A DNA stretch of 64,000 bases from Elusimicrobiota bacterium (GTDB taxonomy: Bacteria > Elusimicrobiota > Elusimicrobia > FEN-1173): the NCBI GenBank assembly GCA_016714745.1, contig JADKCG010000018.1, positions 16,981 to 80,980 of the forward strand. Direction: 5' to 3'. Every line of letters starts with the position of its first letter. Position 1 is the first letter of the stretch. A program made the translations under genes and the position numbers. Shown one piece after another: positions 49,985-61,416 of the stretch. The notes under the pieces were generated by a model. It was not told the DNA's origin. It worked only from the letters and a program-made list of their open reading frames with translations, and did no database searches.

Positions 49985-51331
49985 ATGCGATTTTTTGTGG
50001 AAACATTCGGATGCCAGATGAACGTCGCCGATAGTTTGGAAATGGGGCGTCGTTTGCGGGCGCGGGGTTTTCGGACAACGAAACAATTGGACCGGGCCGA
50101 CGTCGTCTTGGTCAACAGTTGCACGGTGCGTGACCACGCGGAACACAAGGCCCTCTCTTTTTTGGGCCGCTTGGCCGATTGGAAAAGCGCGGCGCCCGGT
50201 CGACTCTTGATTTTTGCCGGTTGTGCGGCGGAAAGGCTGAAGGACCGGTTGGGCCGCCGGTTTCCTCAGGTGGATCTGGTGGCGGGGGCCAAATCCATTG
50301 GAGATTTTGACCGGCTTCTGGCAGAGCGTTTTCCCGCGCTCCCTTTCGATGGCCAACAGGAGTGGGTAGACGCGTGGGGGTGGGCCCCGGGGCTGGGGGA
50401 GACGGGTCTGCCGGGGGAAGGGGTGACGGCGTTTGTGACCATCATGCGCGGGTGCAATTACGCCTGCACGTATTGCGTGGTTCCCTCTGTGCGGGGAAGA
50501 GAGCTCTATCGTCCGGCCGCCAGTATTTTTTCGGAAGTGAAAGAACGCGCCGCCCAAGGCCAGCGGGAAATTTTGTTGTTGGGTCAGACCGTAAACTCTT
50601 ATCGGCCGCAAGGGCCAAACCCGGGGCCCGAAGGTCGAGAAATTTCGGATTTTTCTGATCTGCTCCAAATGGTGGATGCCGTGCCCGGGGTGGCTCGCAT
50701 ACGTTTTATGAGTCCCCATCCGCATTATGTGGATGAGCGGTTGGCGCAGGCCATTCACCGTTCGGCACGGGTGGCGCCCCATATTCATTTGCCGGTGCAA
50801 TCCGGGTCCGACGCCGTGTTGGCCCGCATGCGGCGAAACTACACCCGGGAAGAATTTTGTCGTAAAGTGGATGTCCTGCGCCACCATATTCCCGGATTGG
50901 CGGTGACGACCGACTTTATCGTGGGGTTTCCAGGGGAAACAGAGGAAGATTTCCTGGCCACTCTTCGGTTGGGCCGGGAGGCTGACTTAGACGGCGCCTA
51001 TACCTTTAAATATTCGCCCCGGCCGGGGACGGTGTCGGCCCAGGGGGCGGACGATGTGCCTGACAGTGTTAAAGAGGAACGCTTGGCCCGCTTGATGGAA
51101 GAAACGGATTCTCGATCACGAACGAAGTTGGCTCAGTTGGTGGGAAAGACACAAGAGGTGCTGGTGGAGAAAGGGGCGAGTGAGGGATCGGGTTTTGTTT
51201 GGGAGGGCCGCACCGCCCATTGCCGAAAAATTTATGTGACATCGGCGAAAACCCATACAACAGGGGATTTGCTCTCGGTTCGGGTCGAACGGGCGGACGG
51301 CAAAACCCTGTACGGACGGGTCGATGCTTAA
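49985..51331 (+). CDS. miaB: tRNA-i6A37 methylthiotransferase MiaB (radical SAM)
   Basis: MRFFVETFGCQMNVADS, the radical-SAM cluster RGCNYACTYCVVP, and a C-terminal TRAM domain. Confidence 0.85.
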   Translation: MRFFVETFGCQMNVADSLEMGRRLRARGFRTTKQLDRADVVLVNSCTVRDHAEHKALSFLGRLADWKSAAPGRLLIFAGCAAERLKDRLGRRFPQVDLVAGAKSIGDFDRLLAERFPALPFDGQQEWVDAWGWAPGLGETGLPGEGVTAFVTIMRGCNYACTYCVVPSVRGRELYRPAASIFSEVKERAAQGQREILLLGQTVNSYRPQGPNPGPEGREISDFSDLLQMVDAVPGVARIRFMSPHPHYVDERLAQAIHRSARVAPHIHLPVQSGSDAVLARMRRNYTREEFCRKVDVLRHHIPGLAVTTDFIVGFPGETEEDFLATLRLGREADLDGAYTFKYSPRPGTVSAQGADDVPDSVKEERLARLMEETDSRSRTKLAQLVGKTQEVLVEKGASEGSGFVWEGRTAHCRKIYVTSAKTHTTGDLLSVRVERADGKTLYGRVDA

Positions 51332-51926
51332 ACCCCCAACCCCTCCGGCGAGCGGGAACGGAAAAAAGGGGAGGGGTCGGTTTCGGTATTGGATTTATGG
51401 GATGGGGTTACTGTTCATTTTCCCCGTTTTTTTGCCGGTGAACTATTTCTGGCAGACAACGCGCCCCTGGCTTCATAAAGACATTATTGATGTCCACGCG
51501 AAGGCGATGGGGATAGATCCTGTGCTGGTGTTGGCGTTGGTGCGGGTGGAGTCGGGCTTTTCTCCTTCGGCGCGGTCACGCCGGGGGGCGATGGGGCTGA
51601 TGCAGTTGATGCCGGAAACCGCACGGGAGATGGCGGGTCGGCTTGGGCTTGACCCTGCAACGCTGGTTTTGGATGATCCTGAAACGAACATTCGCCTGGG
51701 AATAAAATATTTAGATGTTCTCCGCCAGGAGTTTCAGGATGATTCCGTGGCGCTCTTGGCCGCGTATAACGCCGGTCCGACGAAAGCGCGGGAATGGCGA
51801 AGGGGCGGACGAATGGACGTGGCGGCCATCACGTTTCCGGAAACAAAAAGTTTTGTTCAACGTGTTTTGGCGACCGAACGCTGGATCCGGCGCCTTCAAC
51901 GAGTGAAGGGGTTTTTTCATGCCTGA
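51324..51926 (+). CDS. lytic transglycosylase (SLT domain)
   Basis: An N-terminal TM is followed by VESGFSPSARSRRGAMGLMQLMPETA and AYNAGP. Confidence 0.85.
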   Translation: MLKPPTPPASGNGKKGRGRFRYWIYGMGLLFIFPVFLPVNYFWQTTRPWLHKDIIDVHAKAMGIDPVLVLALVRVESGFSPSARSRRGAMGLMQLMPETAREMAGRLGLDPATLVLDDPETNIRLGIKYLDVLRQEFQDDSVALLAAYNAGPTKAREWRRGGRMDVAAITFPETKSFVQRVLATERWIRRLQRVKGFFHA

Positions 51927-54529
51927 AGATGTTCCTCCCGTCAGTCTCACGCCGGTGATGCGGCAATATCGCACTTTGAAAGCCAAAAACCCCGACGCCC
52001 TGCTCTTTTTTCGGCTCGGCGATTTCTATGAACTGTTTGAAGAAGACGCCCGGCGTGCGGCGCCGTTGCTTGAACTCGTTCTCACCCAAAGGCAAGGGGT
52101 TCCGATGTGCGGGTTCCCCCATCATGCGTTTTCTGGATATCTGGGAAAATTATTGAAGCACGGTTTGCGGGTGGCGGTGGCCGAACAATTGGAGGACCCT
52201 TCCGCCGCAAAAGGCATGGTGGCGCGGGACGTGGTGCGGGTTGTGACGCCGGGAACCGTGTTGGAAGAGGAACTTCTTTCCGCCAAAGAAAACAATTATC
52301 TCGCGGCGGTGTGGCCTTCCCGAGGCGGCGAAGGGGCGGGGCTGGTCTGGGCGGACATGTCGACGGGAGAGCTTCGCTATGCTCGTTTTATGGACGGGGT
52401 CGCCGGTCTGGCGCGGTTGTCGGACGAACTGGGCCGCATCGAACCGCGGGAAACCCTTTGGCCAGAAGGAACCGTTGCCCCGCTCGGGCGGACGGTCACG
52501 TCGATCCCCTTCCGCCATTTTTTAGACGACGGTTTGGACCGGCGGGCGGCCACGCTTTTCGGAGCCTCGGGCATGGAGGGGTTCGGTCTGGGCCTCGGGC
52601 ATCCGGCCCGGCCCGCGTTGGCGGCGCTGTTGTCGTATGTGGAAAAAAATCAATCAGCGGCGTTGGCGGCGTTACGGCCCCCTCGTTCGGTGACGTTGAA
52701 CGAATTCATGGTGCTTGATGAAGGATCCATCCGGCGGCTTGACCTTTTGCCTGGCGGCGGGACCCGGGCCGGGGGACCGACCTCGTGCCTCTGGAACCTG
52801 ATCGACCAAACCTCCACGGCCATGGGGGGGCGGAGGTTGAAATCATGGCTGTTGCGGCCCCTCATGGACCGAGAAGCGATCCGGGTTCGCCAGGATCGGG
52901 TGGAGTTTTTTCTGAACGCGCGGCGTGAGCGGAAAGAACTGCAAACGCTTTTTCGTGAAACGGCGGATCTGGAACGAATTCTATCTCGTTTGACCGCGGG
53001 GACCGTCACGGGCCGGGACTTGATCGCCCTGCGTCGGACGGTGCGGTTGGCTCCGGAGGCGGGGCGGATCCTTCACGAAACGATGTCTCTGTCGGGGGAA
53101 CGTCCGTTGGCGGGGCTTTTATTGGCTTTTGAGATTCCGAAAGAGCTGGTCTTGATTTTGGAACAAGCGTTGGCGGATTCCCCGCCCATGCGGGTGTCGG
53201 AGGGGGGTCATCCGGGATGGGTATTCCGCCGCTTTGGACGAATGGCGGGGGATGGCCTCGGCGGGGCGAGGTTGGATTTCGGCGTTGGAAACGGAAGAAC
53301 GCGCCCGGACGGGAATCGGATCTTTGAAAGTCGGATTCACTTCCGTTTTCGGGTATTACCTGGAAGTGACAAAAACAAACCTTGCGAAGGTACCCCAAGA
53401 CTGGATTCGTAAACAAACGTTGGTCAACGCGGAACGTTTTGTCACTCCGGGTTTAAAAATTCAAGAAGAAAAAATTTTGGGGTCTGAGGAGAAAGCCCGG
53501 GCGTTGGAGCGAGAATTGTTGGCGGAGGTGCGCGACACGGTTTTGTCCCATCGCAACAGTCTTTTCGCGTTGGCCGATGCGTTGGGGGAATCCGACGCGC
53601 TGTCCGCCCTGGCGGAAACGGCCGAGCGGGGGCATTGGGTTCGGCCCGATATTGTGGCGGAAGATGTTTTCATTATTGACCAGTCCCGTCACCCCGTGGT
53701 GGAAAAAGTTCTTGAAATGCGGGGGGGCGGTGCGTTTGTCCCGAATGATCTTTACCTCGACGACGCGGATCAACGGCTCCTGCTGGTGACGGGTCCGAAC
53801 ATGGGGGGCAAGTCCACGTTTCTTCGCCAGGCCGCTTTGAGCGCGGTGTTGGCCCAGATGGGATCTTTTCTTCCAGCGGGGAAAGCCCGAATGGGATTGG
53901 TGGACCGGATCTTTACACGGATTGGCGCGGGCGACGATTTGGCCGGAGGCGCCTCTACCTTTATGGTGGAAATGCGCGAGGTGGCCGACATCCTATTGAA
54001 CGCCACGCCCCAGAGCCTGGTGATTTTGGACGAAGTGGGACGGGGCACCTCCACTTACGACGGGTTGGCGGTGGCGTGGGCCATGGCGGAACGGTTGGCG
54101 GGAACGCCCGACCAACCGGGTCCCAAGGTGCTTTTCGCCACGCACTATTTTGAATTGACAGAACTGGCCCACACCCAACCCCACATAAAAAATTACCACG
54201 CCGCCGTACGCGAATGGGCCCACCCGGATGGAAAAACCGAGCTCGTCTTTCTCCACCAAATCTTGCCCGGTCCGGCCGACCGGTCGTACGGGGTTCACGT
54301 GGCGCAAATGGCGGGGCTTCCTCCGGCGGTTGTCGCGCGGGCCAAAAACATTCTCAGAGGATTGGAATCCGGTCGTCGGTGGGAGCCGAAACGTGAAGGG
54401 GACGGGCAGAAGGAGCTTTTCGTGAATCCCCCGGTGTTGGAGGCCCTGCGGGGCCTCGACTTGGACTGCCTCACGCCTCTCGAGGCACTTCAAGCGTTGG
54501 CTGAAATAAAAAAGAAATGGGCGGGTTAG
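51919..54529 (+). CDS. mutS: DNA mismatch repair protein MutS, apparent frameshift at the G6 run 53202-53207
   Basis: TPVMRQYRTLKAKNPDALLFFRLGDFYELF at the N-terminus, Walker A as GPNMGGKSTFLRQ, and DEVGRGTSTYDG. The junction reads SEGG/VIRDGYSAALDEWR. Confidence 0.9.
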
Positions 54530-54608
54530 TCGGTGCCCCCTATTCGTCTGTGGGGGGGGTTTGTTATGATGCACGGGTTGTTCATCCGGCGTGTTCTGGG
54601 AGGAACTT

Positions 54609-55046
54609 ATGTTGAAGGCGGAAAAACGCGGTCATAAACGGTTTCCTGTTTTAAAAGACATGGCGGAGCCGGTGGACCTTTTCGTTATGGATTCCGGCGC
54701 GCGGGAAGTTCCCGCGGTCCTCACCAACCTTTCTGCCGGGGGAATGGCGTTGGTCGTGTTTGCCCATGTCTCGGGTGAAGCCAAGCTGAAGTTGATGTTG
54801 GACGTCCATGGATTGGAAGGGATCGAACTTCAGGGGCGTGTGGCGTGGACAGCGCCGAAAGGCGATACGACCGGTGTGGGGGTGAAGTTTGACCACATGA
54901 AAAAAGAAACTGTCGATAAGATTAACGCCATGGCGGAAGATTTTCAAGATTGCGAGTTAAAACTATCATTCGGTGTGAAAGACGTTTGTTTCCTCAAGTG
55001 CGCCTATTTCACTCTTTGTTCGAAACCCGTGAAGTTGAAAAAATGA
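54609..55046 (+). CDS. PilZ-domain protein
   Basis: KRGHKRF (RxxxR-like) and TNLSAGGMAL (D/NxSxxG) c-di-GMP-binding motifs. The start is taken at MLKAEK. Confidence 0.65.
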   Translation: MLKAEKRGHKRFPVLKDMAEPVDLFVMDSGAREVPAVLTNLSAGGMALVVFAHVSGEAKLKLMLDVHGLEGIELQGRVAWTAPKGDTTGVGVKFDHMKKETVDKINAMAEDFQDCELKLSFGVKDVCFLKCAYFTLCSKPVKLKK

Positions 55047-55098
55047 AATGACCGACAGACACTTTCTTCCTCGCCTTAAAACGGGGGGGATTCGTTAA

Positions 55099-56942
55099 AT
55101 GGCGCAGGTTCTTAAACTGTCGGAAGATATTATACGTGGGATCGCGGCCGGCGAAGTCGTTGAACGTCCCGCGTCCGTACTGAAAGAACTGATCGAAAAC
55201 GCGTTGGACGCCGGGGCTCGCCGGATCGAAGTGGAATGGCGGGACGCCGGGCGTAAAAGGATGCGGGTGTCCGATGACGGCGAGGGAATGGCTCCGGACG
55301 ACGCGCGGTTGGCGTTGGAGCGGCACGCCACCTCCAAAATTCGCGATTTGAACGATCTCGAAAAAGTCGGGACGTTTGGGTTTCGCGGGGAAGCCTTGCC
55401 ATCGATCATGGCTGTGTCCCGGTTCGAATTGCTCACTCGGACGGCAAAGGCGCCCGAAGCCTGGGCCATTCGGGCGGAAGCGGGACGCGTGACTTTCGAC
55501 GGCCCCGCGGGGGCCCCTCTGGGAACGTCGGTGACGGCCGACGATCTCTTTTTTGCTGTCCCGGCCCGCCTCAAATTTTTAAAATCCGACGCCACCGAAC
55601 GCGCTCTGCTTTTTCGGGCCGTGGAAGACGCCTCGTTGTCGGCCCCTGGCACATCGTTTCGGGTCATCTCTGAGGGAAAAGAGGCATTGTCGTTGCCTTC
55701 TTTGGAGGGAAATGACTCTCGCCTGATTGAACGCCTGGAGTCCCTTTGGGGGGCGGACCGGGCCCAGTCTCTCAAAGGGGTCGATGAGGCGGGGGCGTAT
55801 CTGCGGGTGCGCGGGTGGGTGTCGGACGTGAACGCGCCCCAATCCACGGCGCGTTACCAGCGGTTTTTTGTCAACCGCCGCGCCGTCACCAGCCGGCGAC
55901 TGCTTCACGCGCTCTACGATGGCTACCGTGGGCGTCTCCTGGTGGGACGTCATCCCGCGGCCCTCCTGTTTTTAGAATTGGATCCCACGTTGGTGGACGT
56001 GAACGTCCATCCCGCCAAACGGGAGGTGCGTCTCTCCCATGAACCCGAAGCCCACGATTTTCTAAGCCGGGCTGTGCAGAACGCCGTGAACCGAAGTGTT
56101 CAGCCTCGGGCGGTGTTCTCCTCAACGGAGGGGGGGGCCCCTCTGTCGGTTCCGCCGGCATCGTCCTTTCAGGAAAAAATCGGGACTTCTGTTTCCTATC
56201 GTCCCGGTTATACGGAATCCAAAATTCCCCGGTCGCCTTCCGCGGCCGAAACGCAAGAGCCTTCGCTTTGCAATCCCCTCTTTTAGACCGTTCGGGCGCG
56301 GACACGCTTTCTCAGACGTTGGTCCAAGGCCTGGTGCCCGGCGCGGAAGGATTGCCCTTAGGGACGTTTCGCGAAGGGCGTTTTGAACCTGTGGCACAAC
56401 TTTATTTCACTTACATTTTGGCTCGACTGGAAAATCAATTTTTTCTTTTTGATCAGCATGCCGCCGCGGAACGGGTGCTCTATGAGGTCCTCTCCGAAAA
56501 GGCCTCGCGGGGGACACCTTCGAAACAGTCTCTCCTTTTGCCTTGGGTGTGGGAGCCGTCCCCGGAGGCCTCTGCGGTTGTTCAGGCCCAACGGCTTGAT
56601 TTTGAAAATTTAGGGTATAGCCTGGAACCTTTTGGCCGGAACGCTTGGCGTGTGCTGGCGGTCCCGGCGGTGTTGGGCGAGGGAAACAAAGTTCGGTCGT
56701 TGTTGGAGGGGTTGGTGGAAGACCTTTTGTCGGGCCGGATCCCCCAGGGGTGGGAATCGATCCTCACCCGGGCGGCCTGCCGGGGCTCTGTAAAGGCGGG
56801 CGATCCTTTGACCCTTCCTGAAATGGGGCATTTGATCAAAGAGCTTCAGGGAGTGGAAAAGCCTTGGACCTGTCCTCATGGGCGGCCCTCTTTCCTGGGT
56901 TTGTCCGATATGGATTTGGCCAAACGGTTTCGTCGAATTTAG
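55099..56942 (+). CDS. mutL: DNA mismatch repair protein MutL, apparent frameshift in the linker near 56268-56286
   Basis: IAAGEVVERPASVLKELIENALDAG ... FGFRGEAL ... VNVHPAKREV form the GHKL ATPase. The C-terminal dimerisation domain, with FLFDQHAAAERVLYE and CPHGRP, is in track ORF 56268..56942. Confidence 0.9.
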
Positions 56943-56986
56943 TTTCCATTGACAAAAGGCGATTTTTACATTAAATTCATGGGGCG

Positions 56987-57841
56987 ATGGAATATCTAAG
57001 CAATTACATTGAAATGATGGGAGATACGGAATTTGCCATTTATATGGCAAGTTTTGTGTTTGGGCTTATCGTTTTGATTGGCCTGATCGCAAAAATGTTC
57101 GAAGGGAAAGTGTCGTCTGCAAAAGTCCCCCTTCCTCCGACCGAACCCAAGAAAAAAGAAAAACCGAAAGAGAAGGAGACGCCGCCTGTGTCGCCGTCGG
57201 CCCCAGCGGTGCCGGAGGGCATGATGATGTGGGAGGGCGACACGGGGAAAAAGAAAAAACCGGTGCCGACCGCGCCCCCCCCGCCTCCCCCTAAAAAAGA
57301 GGAAAAAAAGGAAAAACCCGCTTCTCTAAAAGCGCCGGTTCCTCCTCCTTCAGGTCCCGTGGCCGCACTGCTCGCTTTATCTCCGGCGCCTCTCCCCTCT
57401 GATCAAACCCGCCCAGAAGATAAAACGGTGGTATTGCCTCCGAAATCGGCAGGTCCCGTTCCTAAAGTTGAGCCTGTGGTGTTGCCTCCCGCCGCCCCGA
57501 CCCCGACAGGGTCGAACGGGGCGGGCAACGCCGCGCCCTCAGAAGAAAAAATGGCGGTGGATCTTTCTATGTATGAAATGTTGGTTCGTCGGATCTCGGG
57601 GGTGGAGGCCGATGTGAAACGAGAACCGCTTTTTCTCGACCCACTGATGAAGCGGATGGGAAACATCGAGAAACGTTTGGAAGGGGTTTCTCCCGTTGGG
57701 GCGAGCGGAACAGGGGGGGGCGGTCATGAGGCTGAGGTTAAGGAATTAAAAGAAAAAATTCTAAAAATGCAAAAATACCTGGAATTGTTAAGTGAGGGGC
57801 CATCCCCCGATCCTGAATCAAAAACCGGTTCTTATCCATGA
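56987..57841 (+). CDS. membrane-anchored Pro/Lys-rich protein
   Basis: One N-terminal TM is followed by PPTEPKKKEKPKEKETPP... low-complexity spacers and a C-terminal coiled-coil-like segment. Confidence 0.5.
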   Translation: MEYLSNYIEMMGDTEFAIYMASFVFGLIVLIGLIAKMFEGKVSSAKVPLPPTEPKKKEKPKEKETPPVSPSAPAVPEGMMMWEGDTGKKKKPVPTAPPPPPPKKEEKKEKPASLKAPVPPPSGPVAALLALSPAPLPSDQTRPEDKTVVLPPKSAGPVPKVEPVVLPPAAPTPTGSNGAGNAAPSEEKMAVDLSMYEMLVRRISGVEADVKREPLFLDPLMKRMGNIEKRLEGVSPVGASGTGGGGHEAEVKELKEKILKMQKYLELLSEGPSPDPESKTGSYP

Positions 57842-57863
57842 ACCGAAAAAATAATTTTTAATT

Positions 57864-58292
57864 TTGCTGGACCTGATTTTTTTGGCGGGGGTGGGATTTC
57901 AGTTGTGGACCCGGTATCACACGCTTCAAAGGGAAAATCTTCCTGTGCTAAGCGAGAACGACACTATTGAACCGGCTGTTGTGATGGAACAGGCCCCAGT
58001 CGCGGATCCCATTAAAAAAGCGATCCCTCCACCCTCCGACGTCAAACCGAAGATGGGGCGAACATTTCTTTTTATTAGTGGAACGGCGAAATCTGTTCAA
58101 TTGGTGGGGGATTTCAATGGGTGGTCTCCCCAGGCTTTCAAGAAAGACGAAAAAGGACGGTGGACCGTTTCGGTCATGTTGGCGCCGGGTGATTATTCCT
58201 ATAATTTCATCGTTGATGGGAAAACCATTCGCGATCCCAACCAGCGCCGGACAGACTTAGAGGAACGTTCCCTTTTAACTGTTTCTCCTTAA
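57864..58292 (+). CDS. small protein with a CBM48/AMPK-beta-like glycogen-binding (E-set) domain
   Basis: VQLVGDFNGWSPQAFKKDEKGRWTVSVMLAPGDYSYNFIVDGKTIRDP. TTG start from the track. It has an N-terminal hydrophobic helix. Confidence 0.55.
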   Translation: MLDLIFLAGVGFQLWTRYHTLQRENLPVLSENDTIEPAVVMEQAPVADPIKKAIPPPSDVKPKMGRTFLFISGTAKSVQLVGDFNGWSPQAFKKDEKGRWTVSVMLAPGDYSYNFIVDGKTIRDPNQRRTDLEERSLLTVSP

Positions 58293-58318
58293 TATCCCTC
58301 CCTGGGCCACTGTGTTGC

Positions 58319-61300
58319 ATGCTGTCTGTTAGAGCTAAAAAACCTATGAATAACGCGAGCGGAATCTCAAAAAATTCCTTGGGCCAGTGGGCCATTCTGT
58401 TTTTCTTTTTGGTTGGACCCGTGGCGGGTGGTTCCGGTCTTTGTGCGGCAGAGACAAATAAAGAAACGCGGGTCGACCCCCTTCGCACGTTCCAATTCAA
58501 TTATCAACAAACGGCCGTAGATCAATCTATTCGTGATTATCTCAGTTTTATTCACAAGGTCGCGCCTGGGCTGGAAGAAATTGGATCCCAGTATGCCGTG
58601 GCCGACATGTTTATGGACCATGAGAGATATGAAGACGCGTCTCGACTGTTAAAAGTGTTGGCCGAATCTCCGACAAAGGACGTTTATTTTCGATATTCTG
58701 TTTTGGGCCGGTTGGCCACCTGTTTGATGCACCAATCTCGTTACACGGAAGCCTCTGGGTATTACAAGGTTGTCGTTGATGGTCCGGTGAAAGCTCTTGT
58801 GCCGGAAGCGATCATCGGGCTGTCGTTGGCCATTCTGTCCGCTGGCGATATTCCGGGAGCTTATCAACGTTTTCGCGAGGTGACGGCGCTGTATCCCGCC
58901 TACAAAACACATCCCCGGTATATGTTGCCCATGGGGTTGGTTCAGTTCCAGATGCGTAAGTACCCATCGGCTTTGGACTATTTTCTACGGGATGATCGCA
59001 ACCCCGGTAGCCAGTATTTTGCGGGTCTCTGTTATCAGCAATTGAAGCGTTATCCGGAGGCGAGCGGAACGTTCCGACGCATCACCCAAGAGTATCCCGA
59101 CAGCGATTGGGCCGATCGCGCGCGGTTTGAATTAGGAGAAACGTTTTATCTCCAAGAAGATTTCCTTTTGGCCGCCCACACCTTTGAAGATATTTTTTTG
59201 TCGCACCGTTCCGTCCAGTGGGACAATTTGTCGCTTTTCCGGCTCGCCTGTTGCGATGTGCGGATGAAAAAGTTCGCCTCAGCGGAACAGCGCTTAGGGG
59301 CCCTGTCCGGGAAAAAATTAGAACCGTCCCTCGCGGCCAACGTAAATTATATGTTGACCGAATCTTTAGCGGCGCAAGACAAGATCGGGAAAATCATCCG
59401 TCTTTTGGGGAAAGGGTCGGACAAGAAGCGGTCCCTGGAAAATTCTTACCGGTTGATATGGGCCCGCGCCGCTGAGGGAAACTATAAAAAAGCGGTGTCT
59501 CTGGCCAACGATTTCTTAAATCAGGGGGAAGACCCAGAACTGACGCCGCGAACGTTACTTTTGCAGGCTTATGCGTTCGAGCGGTTGGGCCAGTGGCCGG
59601 AAGCCTTTGCGACCTATCAACTCGTGGCGGAACATTTTTCCGCCACGCCCTATGCGGCGAAGGCGGCGGAGTTGTCCTGCGCCAATTTTTATCGGGCAGG
59701 AGAATTTAAGTCCATTTCCACCCAGGTCAGCAGTTTGTGGCGCCGTGTGGATCCTGACATCAAAAAACGTTTCCCGGAAACTCTTTACTGGATGGGCCAC
59801 GCGTCCATGAAACTGCGAGACTTTGCCCAGGCCCAAAAGTTTTTTAAAGAATTCGTCACCATCGCCCCGGCCGGACATCCCTGGTTATCGGAGGGGCTCC
59901 GGGCTCAGGCGTTGGCTTTTGCCATGGACAAGAGCGTGAAAGAGGCGCTCCCCGTGCTTCAACGTGCCTACCAGAGCGCCCAGGAAACGGGGAACACCCC
60001 CTTGATGGCGAAACTGACCATGGATACGGCGAATATATTGTTTAATGCTGGCAACAAGTATGAGGAAGCCGTGTCCTATTACCGTCGGTTGGCGCAGATC
60101 GATCCGAAAAATGATCAAATCCCTTTCGCCTTGTATCAGCAGGCTTTAAGCCTCTATCGGGCCGAATATTACAACGAAGCCGCTGAAACCTGGGAAAGTC
60201 TTTCCGTTCAATATCCGCGAGATGGCCGGGCGGCGGAATCGCTGTTTCGTGCGTCTCGCACGCGGTTTGAATTGGGAAAATATCCCGAAGCGATCGCGGG
60301 CTACCAAACGCTCGTCCGCAATTTTCCCCAATCGCCGTTTGTCCGCGACGCTCGGTTCCAGATTGGGCAGGCCTATTTCAATGCCAAGGAATGGACCAAG
60401 GCCATCGAGTCCTACATGGATTTCCAAACACGATTTCCCGCCGATCCCGAACTGGCTCAGGTGGGCAATTACATCCAACTGGCCTCCTATAATTCCGGAA
60501 TGCCTGTAAAAGAAATGGAGGAAAAATTTCGCGGGAAGACGAAAACCCCGGTGCTGGCCGACGTCTATTGGCGAGAGGGGGCGAAATTATTCAACAATAA
60601 AGAGTATGACGCCGCCCGGGATAATTTCCAAAAAATCTTGTATGAATTCCCCAGTTCTTCTTGGGCGTCGCAAGCTTCATTCTATCGGGCCGAATCGCTG
60701 TTCCTTCAAGAGAACTTTAAAGAGGCGGCGGTGGCCTATGAGACTTTTCTTCAAGGGTTTCCGGGGAATGCCAATACGGCCCCCGCGCAGTTTCATTTGG
60801 GCGTGTCCTATTTTAGCGTGAACAATTTTTACCGAAGCGCCGTGGTGTTTGAAGAGTTCCAAAAAACATTTCCGACGGACGAATTGGCTAAAAGCGCCAT
60901 GTTGAACGCGGCCATTTCCTATTCTCGCGTGGGCGATGTGGAAAAAACAACGCTCGCGTATCTTCAATACGCTTCCCTTTACCCCAACGCCGACGATGTG
61001 GGGGCTTCGTATATTCAATTGGGCCAATTCTTGGAAAAGGTGGGTCAAGAATCCCGGGCCTTGGAAACGTATCGGCGCGTTCCTCCCAAAGTGCCAGAAT
61101 ATCCCCAGGCTCTCTATCTTTTGGCCCGCTTGCACAAGAGCCTTTCGGAGCCGGCGGGGGAACGGCAAGCCTATCTGGCCCTTCAAAAAGTGCCGGCCAA
61201 ATCTGATCCTTATCGGATCGCGGGGCTCCTGGCCTTGGCCGATATTTATTTGGCGGCGAACGAGGCTGATCCCGCGTTGGCGCTGTACGCGGACGTTTTA

Positions 61301-61384
61301 AAAAATGCCTCCGATGATGCGAACCGGTCCCTCGCCCAACAACAGATTTCGGCTATTCGGGGAGCGGTGGGAGCCAACCCCTAG
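58319..61384 (+). CDS. large tetratricopeptide-repeat protein (YbgF/CpoB-like repeats)
   Basis: 1021 aa with a signal-like N-terminus and many 34-aa TPR-like units, for example YQQALSLYRAEYYNEAAETWESLSVQYP and FQIGQAYFNAKEWTKAIESY. Confidence 0.75.
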   Translation: MLSVRAKKPMNNASGISKNSLGQWAILFFFLVGPVAGGSGLCAAETNKETRVDPLRTFQFNYQQTAVDQSIRDYLSFIHKVAPGLEEIGSQYAVADMFMDHERYEDASRLLKVLAESPTKDVYFRYSVLGRLATCLMHQSRYTEASGYYKVVVDGPVKALVPEAIIGLSLAILSAGDIPGAYQRFREVTALYPAYKTHPRYMLPMGLVQFQMRKYPSALDYFLRDDRNPGSQYFAGLCYQQLKRYPEASGTFRRITQEYPDSDWADRARFELGETFYLQEDFLLAAHTFEDIFLSHRSVQWDNLSLFRLACCDVRMKKFASAEQRLGALSGKKLEPSLAANVNYMLTESLAAQDKIGKIIRLLGKGSDKKRSLENSYRLIWARAAEGNYKKAVSLANDFLNQGEDPELTPRTLLLQAYAFERLGQWPEAFATYQLVAEHFSATPYAAKAAELSCANFYRAGEFKSISTQVSSLWRRVDPDIKKRFPETLYWMGHASMKLRDFAQAQKFFKEFVTIAPAGHPWLSEGLRAQALAFAMDKSVKEALPVLQRAYQSAQETGNTPLMAKLTMDTANILFNAGNKYEEAVSYYRRLAQIDPKNDQIPFALYQQALSLYRAEYYNEAAETWESLSVQYPRDGRAAESLFRASRTRFELGKYPEAIAGYQTLVRNFPQSPFVRDARFQIGQAYFNAKEWTKAIESYMDFQTRFPADPELAQVGNYIQLASYNSGMPVKEMEEKFRGKTKTPVLADVYWREGAKLFNNKEYDAARDNFQKILYEFPSSSWASQASFYRAESLFLQENFKEAAVAYETFLQGFPGNANTAPAQFHLGVSYFSVNNFYRSAVVFEEFQKTFPTDELAKSAMLNAAISYSRVGDVEKTTLAYLQYASLYPNADDVGASYIQLGQFLEKVGQESRALETYRRVPPKVPEYPQALYLLARLHKSLSEPAGERQAYLALQKVPAKSDPYRIAGLLALADIYLAANEADPALALYADVLKNASDDANRSLAQQQISAIRGAVGANP

Positions 61385-61416
61385 TTTTATGAATATTCTT
61401 TAGCAAAGGAGGATTC

